Origin: Paragordius varius
Lineage: Eukaryota; Animalia; Nematomorpha
DNA: 64,000 nt
Direction of reading: 5' to 3'
Assembly (NCBI GenBank): GCA_964247055.1
Contig: OZ176052.1
Span: 1,922,001-1,986,000 of the forward strand
Position 1 is the stretch's first letter, and every line of letters starts with the position of its first letter. The translations under genes and the position numbers were made by a program. The notes beneath the pieces were generated by a model, which saw only the letters and a list, made by a program, of their open reading frames with translations, had not been told where the DNA came from and ran no database searches. This document shows, one piece after another, positions 1 to 14,483 of this stretch.

Positions 1-83
1 TTTTACGCATTTTAAATTTTGAATAACTTTTGAAATGTTTATAAATCTACTAAAATATAATCCCATTTTAATTATTTTTTTAG

Positions 84-3000
84 CTTTCGAAAAGGATGAA
101 TTTAGTTTCGAACATAACTTTAATAATAAAAATGAAGTGCAAAATCATTCCTTTAATGCGGATTTAATATATTTTGCAACATTTCAATCGCTATGTTTGG
201 ATTACATTGTACAAAAATTCATTACCGAAGATATTTTAACACAAGATGAACTGGTAATTGTTTTATAGTTTTTTTTAAAAAATTTCAATTAGATTTTCTC
301 CTAGTTTAAAATTAAACAAAAATTACAATTTATTTTTGATAGAGCTTAAAAATGTTTAAATATATATTTTTAACTTTTTTTATATATTTTTAATTATTAT
401 TTCATTTTTATTAAACAAAAATTAATTTTAATCCCCCCCCCCCAACTAATCATAAAAATTAATTTATAACATTTATGCAATTTCAAGTTTTATAAAATTT
501 AATTATTAATTTTATAGTTGAAAGAATTTAAGCAAGCCTTTAAATGTGATTCATTTAACATGGTATATACTGAGTGTTGGATCTCTCAAATATTTGCCAA
601 CATTGTAAAACAACCCATTATTTCCTTCACCATGAATAATGATACCAAAAGATCTAATCTTATCAATTTTATTAAAGGTAAATAAAAGCTTATAGAAAAA
701 AATACACTTTTTATACCTAAATATGTCTGAAATTTGCCATTTTTTATCTAAATACCAACGCTTGCTTGCTATTAAAAATGTGGTAAAATTTTAACTATTT
801 TTAAAAAGTTATATTAAAAGTTTTCATTTGGACATTGTTTTATGTCCTGAGATTTTAATTTCTTTTAATGTTAATTGACTTGTACATTGGTATAACTAAA
901 AATACGTCAAAGGGTATATGATTGATAAATATTTTTAGGGCAAGATTTTTTTTGAACTGTTCTCACAAAAAATTATTAATGCTATAATTTCAAAATTAAC
1001 AGATATCCATAAATACGTCTAGAAATTGCAAAAATATATAATTACTGTGAGGCTGATATTCATTAGGTTTTATCGGGTATTATAAGATATCTGGTAACAT
1101 TGCTTTTTATATCATTTCCTAAATTAGATTGCGTAAATAGCGAAAGGTTTGGTTTAAAATCAACTTCTACTGGTAATAAAGATCACGAATGTTTTTGCAC
1201 AAATTTTACCCATTCATATCGAGTATTATGTCAAACAATCAATCCTAACTCACATTGCAACAACTCTCTCGAAGATGGTATTTTAAAACAATTTTATCGG
1301 TTTTTATTAAGTATAGTCTCCAGGGGTGTCCACAACGCGGCCTGCGGAGTTTTTGGAAATCTATCAACTTAACACGGATTCCACAATTCGCAATAATATG
1401 GCTTAATATATCAATAATTTCAAACAAATTTTCAGAATAAGTCTTTTCAATATTAGCAACAAACTAACAGAAATCAGCAAAATAAATAGCACTTGGATTT
1501 TTTCAACAGTAGTATTATGTTTGAAATCTAACTAAATATTTATTAATCCCATATGTATTTATAAAATGCGGCCCGCGAAGCCGTTACCCCTGATATAGTC
1601 AATTAAATATTTTTTATACATGTTAAATTTACCCTTTTTTATATATATCATTTTTAGGTCACCACGATCGAAAGAAAATTTATGCCCAATTTTTAGATCA
1701 GTTCTTTAAAAGTGCATGCGATACTAAAACATTCGGGGGTATCCTAGTACCCAATCGTAAAAACAGCCTTTACAGCGTCATCAATAATCATATTATTAAA
1801 GACAAAGAGCATGTTTTAAATATCTTCATTAATATGCTGTATTTAGAACCGTCGACCTTATTTCACGAAAATTTCTACAACAATATTAATTCTGGAAATA
1901 TATTATCACAATCCTTCTTACCAAGGCAATCATCAGAGAACTCTTATTTGATTCATTTATTACGGAAAATTGAATCAAATTTTATGTTGGTCCAATTAAT
2001 TGCACAATGTGGTAAACCTTCCTTTACAATTTATTAACCTTAAACAATAATTATTGCGAATAAGTAATGTTTTTGAGCAAAGGATAACGGTGCATATATA
2101 ATATTTTTAAACTTGGATATTTAAAATATTCATTTATTTGAACATTTAATATGTAATTAAAAACATTGATTTTAGCCTAATATAATTATTTTTACTAAAT
2201 CACTTGCCCTAAAACAATAAATTTTAGGTTACATATTATAAAAAGTGTCTTTTTTTCCATTTATTATTAGATTACATGGATCATTTATGTTATATGGGTA
2301 ATATGTTTGCTACAATACTACAACAATTTGTTCAATTTTTCTCCACCATTAATTTGTATGATATGCGGTATAGATTTAAATAATATTATATTTTTATAGA
2401 AATATATCAAATTATAATACTTAAAAATTGAATTTATTATCAATTTTATTTACAGACTGCTTATTTTTTACATTTTGTAAAATTAGAAAAGATAATTCGG
2501 TGTTTTAAAATACCAAAAGCCAATTTTTTTTTCATATTCATTTATGAGTATTATATCTTACAGCATTAATATTATATTTTGTCTTAATTTTCAAATAGAT
2601 TGGATATTAATGCCGCCGCCTACTCATCTATTTTGGATGGACAAGTGTCACTTAAAAGACTTGCTAATCGTAAACTCAAACTAATTTTGTCAAAACATTA
2701 CACGAAAAGTACTAAAGAAAAAGAGTTTCAATTTAAACAAAAATCCCAAGAATGCCGTTTGAAACAAACCCATGAGAATATACGAACATCTACGACGAAT
2801 GGTAGAAAAACTTTTGATTTAACTATACTGCCTATTGGTTTATACATTTTATATGGAATACAAAATACGACCAGTAAAATATTTATCTGTAAATCCTTGC
2901 GGCAAGATTCACGTCTATGGTCCCATGTTTTTAGGTTATAGTTTTTTATTTTTTTATATTAATTCTTTGATACTATACCGTTAATATTGAGCCAAATTTA

Positions 3001-3108
3001 AAAATATGGAGATGCTATATTATTTTAGCGCTTTAAAAAACTAAAAAACATGTAAAGTGTTTCAAAATATCTAAAGTATTTTTTGTTAATTACTAACACT
3101 GTCGTTTC

Positions 3109-3139
<31 letters not shown>

Positions 3140-6100
3140 TATTAATTAAAATTTCTTTGAAATATTTATCTGGAAAAAATTTTATATGTAATCATATAAT
3201 GTATAATTATTTTTTTGGTTTAAAGATGTAATGTAATGCTATGTTTAAACATTCTTTTTCCCAATGTTTCAATAGATTTTATGGAATGATTGTTCGGATA
3301 AAAGCTTTTTTTGAGTTGCCAAGTACGCATTTAGAACCATTTGTTAAAGATGTAAGGCAAATTTTGTGCAATCATCAAAAAAATCCAAATACCAATCATA
3401 ATAATAGGTAATTTTATTATTAATAAATGTCATTTTAAATATAGGGAATGGAATTTTCAAATTAAATTTCGGACACAAATTAAATCAATAAAATTTTATT
3501 TTTATTTCATATTTTACAGCCATAATTTAATTATATAGAAACAAATTAAAAGAATATCGGTGTCAATTTTTATATTAAAGACAACTTTTTACGAAAAAAC
3601 CTGCTGACATTTACATTTTATCATTTTAGTGGCTGCTTATATTTCACTTTATATACCATTTGCACTTCAAGAGACTTTTTTGTTTTGTTTTTAACTTTTA
3701 TCAATTAAATCGTCAATAATTCATCTATTTTATTGTTTTTAACATATTTACTATTATTTAACATAATTTTTTAATCGATATCAACTTTTAATCTTTGAGA
3801 AACCGTATATCCTTATTAATTTCTTAAAATAATTTTGGATATTAAAAAGATTTTAACACCAAATGAAAAAATATATAAGTTTTCTGGGTTATTAATTAAA
3901 ATTTTCATTTAAAACATTTAAAAGTCAATAATTTTGTTGAATTGAAAAAAAATAGTTTGAAACAAAAAAGTGGTTTTTCAATAAAAATTTTTATTTTTAA
4001 ATGAATAAATATATAATAAATAAAGAAAATTAGGTTGATAAATAATAAAATAAAAAAATAAATGCAAAAATTATGGTTAAATCAAAATTTATAAATTTTA
4101 AGGACCAACTTGAAGTGTTAAAGGACCAACTTGAAATGTTCAAGGACCAACTTGAAGTGTTCAAGGACACTCTTGAAGTGCCAATGTATAGTAAGGCAAT
4201 TTGCAACACACAGTAGTGTATGAAAAAAACAACAAAATGTTGAATAAACAATTATTTACTTTCCTTTTTTCAATACACCTCCTTTAATGTGAAATAAGCA
4301 ACCGTTTAAAGGCATATACTGTATATTTCATGTTTTAAGATAACTTTTATTTTTTGATAAATCCAAACTATATGCTCACTAATTTTTGTAGAAATGGAAA
4401 TGAAAATCAACCCACAAAAATAGATGATATCAATAATACTTCAAATATTGATTCCACATTTTTTTATGATACACTATTATCACTTATAAAGTTTGGTAAT
4501 GAATGTACCCTACAAGATTTATCCTACAAAAATTTTATGCATTGGATATATAATTTAGATCCTGTACATGAATTCGAATCAAAATCATCACCTCATAGCA
4601 CTAATAATAACCATAGTAATAATATAAATAAATTTCCATTTCATCTTTTCTCACCTGCAATTAATGCCCTTTTCAACCAACTTAACAAGTAAATATTTTT
4701 TGGATTTCGTTAAAATTTGGACATCTAAAATTGATTGATTGGGCTTTAATTTAAATTAGGTTGTTTTTTATTTTATTTTCTGGTATTTACAGCATACGCG
4801 TGTCAAAAAATATCAAACAAAAAATTTTATAATTAAAAAAAATGCTAAATTTTAGCAAAAAAATGATGTTGCTTAAACAAATTTTAATTGAATACATCTT
4901 TCCAAATTTTGGCAATGAACTAACAAAAATTGATATGAATGGTATATTTATATTTAACTTTTTGAATCGATATTAAAGTTTTCAATAATCCTGCTTGAAG
5001 TTTACATTACGCTTGTTTATATCAAAAATAATTGGATAGCTTTTTTGGGGGAGATAAAACAAACGATATTATTTCCATTCCAATTCAGACCTGTCTTTTA
5101 CATGATTTTGAATAATTATAAAAATGGGTAGCATAAATAAAATCTTATCATTATTTTTTTTAATCAATTATTGAATTCAAATTTTTCATTTTCCTTTCCT
5201 TAGAGTTCTTCAAGACCTTTATATTGGAATTGAGTGTGAAAAATTACTAATTTTGGGTCAATCACTGCATTCATATGCCTTGTTTCATATACAAGCTTAC
5301 CGAGATAAATATACAATAATCAGCAGAAAGGGTATTTATTCTATAATTATCTTTTTTATAATTATTCATTTTCATTTTTTTATTATACCATTTACAATAA
5401 AATAAATTATATGTTTTAGAGCTAATATAACTCATCATTAATAATAAATATATTCTTATGGCATAGTTTATTATTTTTTCGGTAATATTATTTTTAAACC
5501 TGATTTCATTTTTTTAAAAATATTTTTAATTCACACCTTCAAATTCACCTACGAATAAATTATGTGTTTTTTAAGATTAAAAATTGTTTTGTATTGTTTG
5601 AAAGAATTTTAATTGTTTAAGGGTGAATTTGAACTGTAAATGGTATATAACCGCTTTATAAAGCACTTTTTCTACTAGAAACATCAAAATCAAAGTCAAG
5701 GACAGCTAATGAGAATCCTGTACAAGGTCATTCAAAACAACAGTCGAAAATGGAAAAATATTTTGATTTATACCATATAAAATGGATCATCCATCAAATA
5801 TATGAACTATTACATCAAACACTAAAATCGGGGAGACCTTTGATACAAATCATGAATATTTGGCAAAATTTTTATCTTAAAACGATGAAACAGGTTGGAG
5901 AGAGAGAAATTTGAGTTTTTTATTTTAATATTAATAATCAGTAAAAATTATATCTACAGAATTTTAATAATGATTAAAAACAAAATTGGCTTTTATAAAT
6001 AAAAATAATACTATTTCAATTGTAGAAGGCATTTTTCTAAAAAAGATTTATATACTGATTTGACTAAATATCAAATGTACTATTTTTTGTGATTTTATTT

Positions 6101-6860
6101 AAATTCTATACTATAGATGGTATATATGGGTTGGGTGATTGGTTGGGAATACTGTAAAACTGTATTAGATATTAACCAAAGGTTAATTGACGCTTTTAGT
6201 TCTACGTTTGCAGAACAGCCAGGATTTCATATAAATCAAAAGGTAATTTTTAAAATAATTTACTCATATGTATCGTTATGAAATAGGCGAATTCTAAAAT
6301 AAAATTCATTCTTGATTGATATGTTTTTTTAGATTTTTGTGATTACAGTTTGGCATTTTAATGGTTGCTTATTTTACACTACAGTAGTGTATGGAAAAAA
6401 CAACGAAATGGTGAATAAACAATTATATTACCTTTCTTTTTTCCATACACTCCTGTGTTGCAAATTGTCTTACTATAGTGTGAAATAAGCAACCATTAAA
6501 ATGCATACTATACTGTATATGATATTTTGGCATATTTTATTGTAATGTTACTTACTTATTAGATTATGTCCATATACTATGAATTTATGATGTTGGCTTT
6601 GGATAATTCCCACATTAATTTGAATGAATCTCCTCTCCATCGCGTTGAAAGAAACAATATGTGTCGACAAAAATTTATGGCTAAGGTAGTAGGATCATTC
6701 ATTTTTGCGTCTAAATTTTTTTATTTTCTTTATAAAATAATCATTTTTTACAAGTTATAAAATATATATATATATCAGTATTTTGACAAATTTTTAGCCG
6801 TTACTTGTTAAAACACCTTGGAATTCTATTTAAATGATTTTGGGGTTAATATGTATACAT

Positions 6861-6892
<32 letters not shown>

Positions 6893-9800
6893 ATATCATA
6901 GATATTTGAACAAATTTACTCGATTATCATTGTCTCATCTCCAACCCAACCTTCAGAGTTTGAAAACAGAACATTTATATCGCAGAATGATAACACTAAC
7001 AATACAGAACACAATTTAGGCTCAGGCCTAATTTCCATATTAACTTGCTTGAAATTATATGTAATTGCGTTTGTGGAAAAACATTTTAGTAAACTAAATT
7101 CGTATAATTTGAAAGAACATTTAAGCTCACCTCATAGTTATATACCTAAGGGGTATGATTTAACCGCTCATGAATGTTCAACCATACTTATGTTAACTAA
7201 AGTATTAACTTCCCTTTCTGCCCATTTGGATATTTTAAACTTTGGCATTTGCAAAGAAGAAATTATAAAATGGTTTGAAAATATAATGGATTTCCTGAGT
7301 CGATTACTGCATTATGGATATGTCCAAAATTTTGTATTTGACAATATTCCATATCTCTATTTCGGCGACAACACTAAAGATGTGGATAGACAAGTTATTG
7401 AAAGTATATAATTTTAAAAATGAATTTCAAACAGCTTACTGTAAAAATTCTTTGCGAATCTATATATGTAATTATGTTTATTGAAATGTTAAAAAAAATT
7501 ATTTTTTGCATTAACATATTGATAGGGATTGTTAGTACTCATGAAGCATTTGCGCCATTATGCCATATATGGACACAGCTTTTCATAAATTTGTGCCGAA
7601 AATCATCAAATAATGTCTTACATTCGGATAACAAATCTTTAAATCACCTGCAAGAGTATAAAATAAAATTTAAACTTTTTTTGAATTATATTTAGACATT
7701 TCAATATAAATTTTTTCCATAGACTTTTAATTAACATTCTTCGACAAAGACGCGAGCAATACTTGAAGAATAATATAAAATCGCAATCTGCAAGCAACAT
7801 AGATTTCATTGCATTTTCTACCCTAATTACTGATTATGACGATATATTTATGGTAATTTTTAAAACTGGTTTTAATTTATTTTCATAAATGTTTTTTTAC
7901 GCTATTTCAAAGGGTCTTTTATATATTGATTTATTTTTTATTAGCCAACTATTTATACCACAAACTCATCCGATAACGATAAAATTGATAAAACGGAGTT
8001 ATGTTTCAATCCAACTGCAAATTTTACCATATCGAATTTCAACTCAAAATTTTTGGATCGTATCTTTGATTTAGCTCTAAATCAATATTATTCTCAAGCC
8101 AAAACTAAAAAACCACAACTTAATGGTAAGTATGTTAAATATTCTAAGAATATTTTTTGATTTGTAATACAAATTTTCAATATTCAACTAATATGTTCTT
8201 TAGATCATGAATCCATATTTGAGATGATTGGGCAATATTTGTCACAACAAGGCACTAATGATAATAACGAGTTATTAATTAATACAAATCTCGTCAACAT
8301 TTATATGGTCGCATTCACCAAACTAAATGATTATATTGTATCTGACACATTTTCACAAAATAATATGAGTATGAATAAGGATAATATTTCCCAAGGTGGT
8401 ACAATATCCAAAAACGGCGAAAAAATGTATAAAAATTACATTGCAAGTCGTGTGGAAAATGTTAAAAGCTTGCTTGCAATCCTAACTGATTCGCTCTTAA
8501 AGATAACTGAGAAATGTTTCGTAAATGAGAAGAAAATACTGAATAGAGCGTTTCAAGATTTACAACGACAGATTAAGGAAGCCATTAACAGCTGTTTAGA
8601 GCTAAATTCCCAATTATTAACCACATATACATTGGCTGTATGTAATGATCGGAGTTTTGCCCTTACAGCGTTTAGCATAAGTAGTTTAAGGTACTTTTTA
8701 ATTTTAGAAATTTAAATATCAAAAATGATTTTAATTAAACTTTTTGCAGAATGACATTTTGTGCCTAAATAGTTTAGTTTTTCCGCGTGAATGTAATATT
8801 TACCCTAAAAACGCTTTTTAGATGTAATTATGTTATTTATGTTTAATAAAAAAAGTTTTATTTAATTTTTTGCCACAAAAAATACTTTTTATATATGGGT
8901 GGGAACTTTATTTAAAAATAGGTTTTTTTACCAAAGTTTGAGCGGTATAGTATTCCACAAATAGGTTTAACCCTAGTTACCTGTTAAAAATTTCTTTAAT
9001 GCTTTCTCTAATTTCAATATATATACTATTTTACAGACACTATTTATTTCAATGGTCATCATCGTTTTTTAACACTGCAATATTGTCCAACACCCATCCT
9101 GATTCTACATTTGTGTCCAATAATAAAAATATAAGTTCCACCAATATAATAAACATTGATAATTTTGACAAAAAACTTTTGATTGATCAAATACTGTTGT
9201 GTCTTTCAGCTTGTCAAAACTATTTATTGCATAAATGTCAATTGATTACAATCATTTTTGAACCAGGAAATTGGAATATGAATGGGAATGAATTAAATTT
9301 CAATATACGATTGGGTATTGTAAAGCATACCAACAAACCACAAAAAGTAGTACCAATTAACCATAATAATAATTCTGAGAATTTATCTTGTGATGATAGT
9401 AAAACAATAGTTAAAGCAGGAAATAAATGGATTAAACGTGAAACAAAGTTACGAATGGATATGATAAAAGAAGTGATATATATACTATTATGATATTTTA
9501 TTTTATATTTTTTGAGACACCTAAAAATGTTTAAAATTAAAATTATTTGTACAGTAAAAATTAAATTTTTAAAGACAAAACCATACTTTCCAAATCTTAA
9601 TATCAATATAAATCATTGTTATAAACTGCAAAGTATAAAATAGAGATGTATATTAATAACACAATCAATTACACTGGACAACAAATTTTTCTGCCACTCG
9701 AGTTTTTTGAATTTTCTGATATTTAGTATCTTTTTAACAGTAAATCTGAAATAAAAATTATAACTCGTTGGAGGAATTTTGTATAATTTGATTTTTTTGA

Positions 9801-12091
9801 TTATGCGCCCTCTTTATCAAAATTTTACTAAAAAATATTTTTCTTTGAAAATATACAGGTAATGCCCATTTGTAATATATCATTCGAAAGAGTAATAAAA
9901 ACTCTATAAAATGCATACTAATATGTATTACATCAACAGTTAATATTGGACACAAAGAGCGACAAACGCGCGAAGCGAGAACATTTTTTTTTAATTATTA
10001 TTTTTTTAAAACTAATGGATGAAAATAGCTCAAATTTTGTTTAGATGGTGATGAATGTCTAAAAAAGATAACACAAGAAAGTTTTTTTGATTAAAACATT
10101 TTTTTATGGCTTTTATGTCACTCAAAACAACCATTTTTAAGTTTTTTGTTTTTTAAAAATTACCATCTCATCAATATTAATTTATTTTCTTTATAAGGCT
10201 GATAATTTCGAAATTTTAAAGATAAAAACAAAGTTTAAGGTATTTTTGATCTTTTAAAGCCATTATGTAATAAATTTACAGTTATAACTATGCATTTTAG
10301 TATCCACTAGGTAAAATATTTATGATAATAATAATTTTTATTAAAAAAGCAAACCAAAAGCTTTTTCAATTATTTTTTTAAAATAAAATATTAATATAAC
10401 CCTAATAATTATACTAAAATAATTTATATGATTTTCAAATTAGTTTGTCTGTGAAAATTCTTGACTTATTTAAGTATTGAAAATTTCGACCATTTAAATC
10501 CAAATAACTTTTACATCCTATTGATTTAAATGACTTACTACCATTTAAAAGATGCAGTTTTTTGCGCTCTTTCGAATGATATAAAATACATGGCTTCTTA
10601 TCTAAAACTTTTAATTGCTAGACCAATTTTCTTTTCAGATATACTAATTATGTACTTTAATGAAATAAATTTTAAATTTACAAGAATGGCAGTTAAAAAA
10701 AGTTAAAATTTGTTGTCTAGTGTTATGCATTTTATGATTGTAATTAATTAATTTATATAGGAAAAATTAAGCTCTAAATTTGTTAAAAAAAATTTGTCTT
10801 TATATTTTTACGTTTGTCCGTATTATAATTACAATTTTTACTGTTCTCATAAAAAAAAGCTTAATTTAATGTTTATATTAAAATCCAAATTTTTATAATG
10901 AATAAAATTATTTTATGATGTTACATAATTAGGTATTTTATTTTGACAATGAAAACTCTGTCATAAAAAGTGCTCATCTACCAGCAAATGCTACACATAA
11001 CGATTCTCCAAAGTTGGATGAAATTATAAGTTTATCCGCATCAGGCAAATACACTAATATAAAGTATTTCACTTTTTTCAATTACGTTTTATTTAAACGT
11101 TTTTTTTATTTGTGATTTTGATCAATATACATGTAAGAATCAAATATATTGTTGCCTCAGATTAAGAAAATAAATTATATGTATAGCATGCTTTGAAACT
11201 AAGTATTTTCTGTAAATTACAAAAATAATTCTAAAGATTTATGATATATATAATTATATTCAATCATTTCCCAAATTTTACTTTTTTGTGGCTTTTAGAT
11301 TCACGATATACATTGAAGAATTTGTTAATTCTTTGCTAGGAATCTGGTTATATACCCAATTATTGGGTGATTTAGCCTTAAAACTTTGTCAAAGTCATTA
11401 CATAATAAATACGGCGCATTTTAACACTGTGCCCAGTCAAGTCAATCTTTTCATTGATCGCAAACAAGGGGGCACAACCATAAATAAGAATATGAATATA
11501 TCGAAAGGATTGAATGAAGCACCTAAATCAAATTATGAATGTTATGATAGAAAATTATTAAAGTAAGGAATTCTTATAATAGATATAACAATTTTTTTAG
11601 GAAGGTATTAAGTATGGTAATTTAAAGGCAATATTGTTACCAATGACTGTATATGGTTGAGACATATTTTATATTTTTTTCAAATTACTTAATATTAAAA
11701 AAATAATCCGCCATGATTCTAAAATGTTATTGTGATATTTTAGTTGTTAACTAATAAACAACTTAAAAAAATAATTTTTTGCACAAATTATATAGTGAAA
11801 TGTAATTATCAAAACGCCATATGTATATATATATGCCATTTACAGTTCAAATTCACCCTTGAACAATCAAGTTCACCCTCGATCAATTCGAATTCATACT
11901 AAAAATAAAATATGTGTTTTTCAGATTAAATTTTATTTATATTTTTTAATATTTTAAAATATGAAATTTTGTCTAAAATTAATAATACTAAAAAAATAAT
12001 AAACTATGCCATAAAAATATATTAAGTATGAATGATGAGTTACATTAGCCCGAAAACACATAAATTATTTTTAGGGTGAATTTGAATTGTA

Positions 12092-12123
<32 letters not shown>

Positions 12124-14379
12124 TCCTCTTATTTTTAGCTTTTTATTGCATGCGCTAACCCAAACATACCATTTAACATGTGCGTTTGATCGAAGACCTG
12201 GTCTCAAATTTTTACTTAAGCGTTGCTTTTATATTCATCAATCCCAAATAATATCCGCTAAAAACAGTAAGGACAATTTTGACAATAAAAATAGCGGCAA
12301 TCCATATGAAAGCGTCCAACATTCTAATCAATCCTACTCAAAGAGTAATTTGGAAAATACTGAATCAACAACTATTTTACCCAATCTATATAGGGTTGGA
12401 AGTTTAGCATTTGCTTACTATGGATTAATTTTGTTCCACATGTCTGTTAAAAGGTATCTTTGAATTATTATTCTAACAAAAAATATTTTTTTCAATTTAA
12501 TATCAACCAAAGACACCAAAATATAACTTATCTTTAGTTAATTTGTAAATTTTTATTTAATGTTCCATACTAATTTTATAATCATTTTTTTCGTAAGTAA
12601 AACTAAAAAAAACATTTAACATTTTAAATGATTTTTAAAATAATTTGCTCTCATTACCATATATACTCAGAAACGATATTGATGGTCTTACAAACGGATA
12701 CTTGAATGATGATTGCAAATTATTTTTGAGTTTTTTGGATTCTCTCCTCACATTTTATTGTGTGCTCAATAACCAAGAAATTAAGTAATCATTTAAATAA
12801 CCAATATAAAAATTTATTTTTCACTATTCTCGCTTTGATTCAACTAAGTTAACCCGAGTTAATATATTTATTGATGCACAATAAATCAGTTTTTTTCCAT
12901 ATAACGACGTTTAATATTTATAACCCTATAAAATTTAAGATTATCATAAAAATAATTTATATCTAGCTTTCCAAAATACAGAAGGTTTAAGTTAAGTTAC
13001 GTGAAAATCGAGAAATTTATTCAATTTACTTTTCCGAGTATGCCGTAAGAAACTATAAAATTTAGAGTTGTAGTAATGCTTCTTAAAATAAATTATTCCC
13101 TTTTAGGTGGATTCGTTTCTATCATAACTGATTTAAGAATTAATATTGACTATGATAAAAATTTAATCTTTTACCATTCAAAGAGATTGGAATCTATAAA
13201 CACGCTATAAATTTTTCAAAAGTCATAAATTATAAGAAACGACTATATAGGTTAGGTCTTCATAAATTTATATTACAGTAAAAACTGAAATTATACGGAT
13301 AAAACCTAAAAATATAAAGTAATATAAAAAATACCATACTTTTTAAACTACATTTTTAAAAGATAACACATTGTTTTAATTTCAAAGTATGAAAAATGAT
13401 ATATTAATTGGATACACAATCAATTATATATGTTACAATCGTAATTATATAATTTATATGAGAAAATTAAGGTTTATAAAAGTATGGTTGTCTTTTGAAA
13501 AAAAATTATTGTCTTTATATTTAACATTTAGTCCGTATAATTTCAAATTTTACTCTATAGTTACCATCCATTATTAATAGAAAATCATCTTTAAAGAAAA
13601 ACAATACGAATGAAAATAAACGCTTTAGTAGTTCTACCACACCACTGACATTTGCCAATCTTTTTTCCAACACTCCCGCCCCTTCAAATAAAAATATTAC
13701 ATTGTCAAACATAACTACACGTGGAATAAAATCTTCGAATTCCACCAATAAAAGATTGGATAAAAATCAAAAATTCATAATACGGAAACAGAAAAGCCTT
13801 AATTTGGAACAAGAAACAAGTCCTGTCGTAAACATTCAACATTTTGATAAATTTATTATGCAACACCATCCTCGACAAATTGAAAGTCATTTGGATTCTT
13901 TACAAAAGGTTGACACAAAAATACTCTTTGAGTTTTATTATTTTTGTTAAAATATTAATTAGTATATATTTTAACTTTCCTTTAAATATAATTATAGGTG
14001 AGCTGAGATTTTCTAATTTGCAAATTTTTAAAAGGCTTTTTGAAAAATTAATTTTTATTTTTCAAAAATTAAAAACGCCGTTAATCTCGCTTTTTTAAAT
14101 TTTTACTAAAACTAAAAACACCATCACTGAAGACATTTTTAATCCCCATAATCTAAACTTTTGTTGGTTATAATTTAAATTTATTATGATTAGGACAATG
14201 AAATGCACAAATGTATATGGATGAAAATTACGTTTGCTTTCCTGGAACTTTTAGTTAAGGAGAAAATACATTTATCTGACATGCTTGTTAATCAATTAAG
14301 CCTCGTGTTTCAACAATTCACTCATATCACTGATTTCATGCATTATTTTAAAAAAATTAATGTTATGTATACAAAATGA
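84..14379 (+). CDS. Large multi-exon gene of unknown identity, copy A (3' half only; 5' part lies before the window)
   Basis: Chain of GT-AG-bounded exons, e.g. 84-253 (FEKDEFSFEHN...), about 1658-2027 (GHHDRKKIYAQF...), about 2600-2934, about 6908-7406, about 8205-8690, about 12142-12452, about 13570-13908 (...QHHPRQIESHLDSLQK) and probable terminal exon 14194-14379 (DNEMHKCIWMK...TK*). Exons are better conserved than introns against copy B. I do not recognise the family; the protein looks helical with N-rich linkers. Confidence 0.8.
1321..1592. mobile_element. hAT (Charlie-like) MITE
   Basis: CAGGGGTGTCCACAACGCGGCC...GCGGCCCGCG..TTACCCCTG, flanked by an imperfect 8-bp repeat (GTATAGTC/ATATAGTC). 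Intronic and shared with copy B. Confidence 0.65.
3654..4188. mobile_element. TA-targeting non-autonomous element with 21-bp subterminal repeats, nested in a family-2 MITE (copy A only)
   Basis: TA|TACCATTTGCACTTCAAG...CTTGAAGTGCCAATGTA|TA, with about four tandem AAGGACCAACTTGAAGTGTTC units at 4100-4180. Empty site TATA in copy B at about 43637. Confidence 0.8.
5386..5645. mobile_element. MITE family 1 (TACCATTTACAG termini)
   Basis: TACCATTTACAA...GAACTGTAAATGGTA flanked by TA. Duplicate at 44862 to about 45163. Confidence 0.7.
6346..6515. mobile_element. MITE family 2 (CAGT..GCATTTTAATGGTTGCTTATTTCACAC TIR; Tc1/pogo-like)
   Basis: TA|CAGT...ACTG|TA with a TIR of about 35 bp. Ortholog at 45903-46093. 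Confidence 0.75.
9552..10843. mobile_element. MITE family 3 interrupted by the Chapaev3-like element
   Basis: Left TA|CAGTAAAAATT at 9552 and right TTTGTCCGTATTATAATTACAATTTTTACTG ending at 10843. Confidence 0.55.
9672..10722. mobile_element. Non-autonomous Chapaev3-like (CMC superfamily) element, copy A only
   Basis: TTA|CACTGGACAACAAATTT...AAATTTGTTGTCTAGTG|TTA. The orthologous empty site in copy B (about 49277) has a single TTA. A second family copy lies at 34081-34951. Confidence 0.8.
11834..12097. mobile_element. MITE family 1
   Basis: TGCCATTTACAGTTCAAATTCACCCTTGAACAAT...GGGTGAATTTGAATTGTAAAT, with (TA)n on both sides. Confidence 0.75.
13276..13555. mobile_element. MITE family 3 (CAGTAAAAATTGAAATTATACGGACAAAA TIR)
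   Basis: TA|CAGTAAAAACTGAAATTATACGGA...TCCGTATAATTTCAAATTTTACT. Ortholog at 51909-52164. Confidence 0.7.
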
Positions 14380-14483
14380 TTTAAAACTGTTTTCTTAAAT
14401 AAATATATTTTGTGTTATCAGAATCTAATATGCCAACGGAAAATTGAGCCTTTTTTACATAAAATAATTATGTTATGTAAATA

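Noticed and set aside
4100-4180. Short direct repeats that might suggest CRISPR
   Set aside because: The units are head-to-tail with no unique spacers, the context is eukaryotic, and no cas genes are present. The same applies to 45050-45160 and the foldback arrays.
4030-4251. Minus-strand ORF with repeated SSWS motifs
   Set aside because: It is a translation of the 21-bp subterminal repeats of the nested transposon, not a gene.
9238-9606. Minus-strand ORFs opposite gene exons (also 13521-13748, 27183-27410, 52130-52447, 53875-54147, 55261-55707)
   Set aside because: They are shadows of + strand exons or of the LINE, with no independent motifs or splice support.
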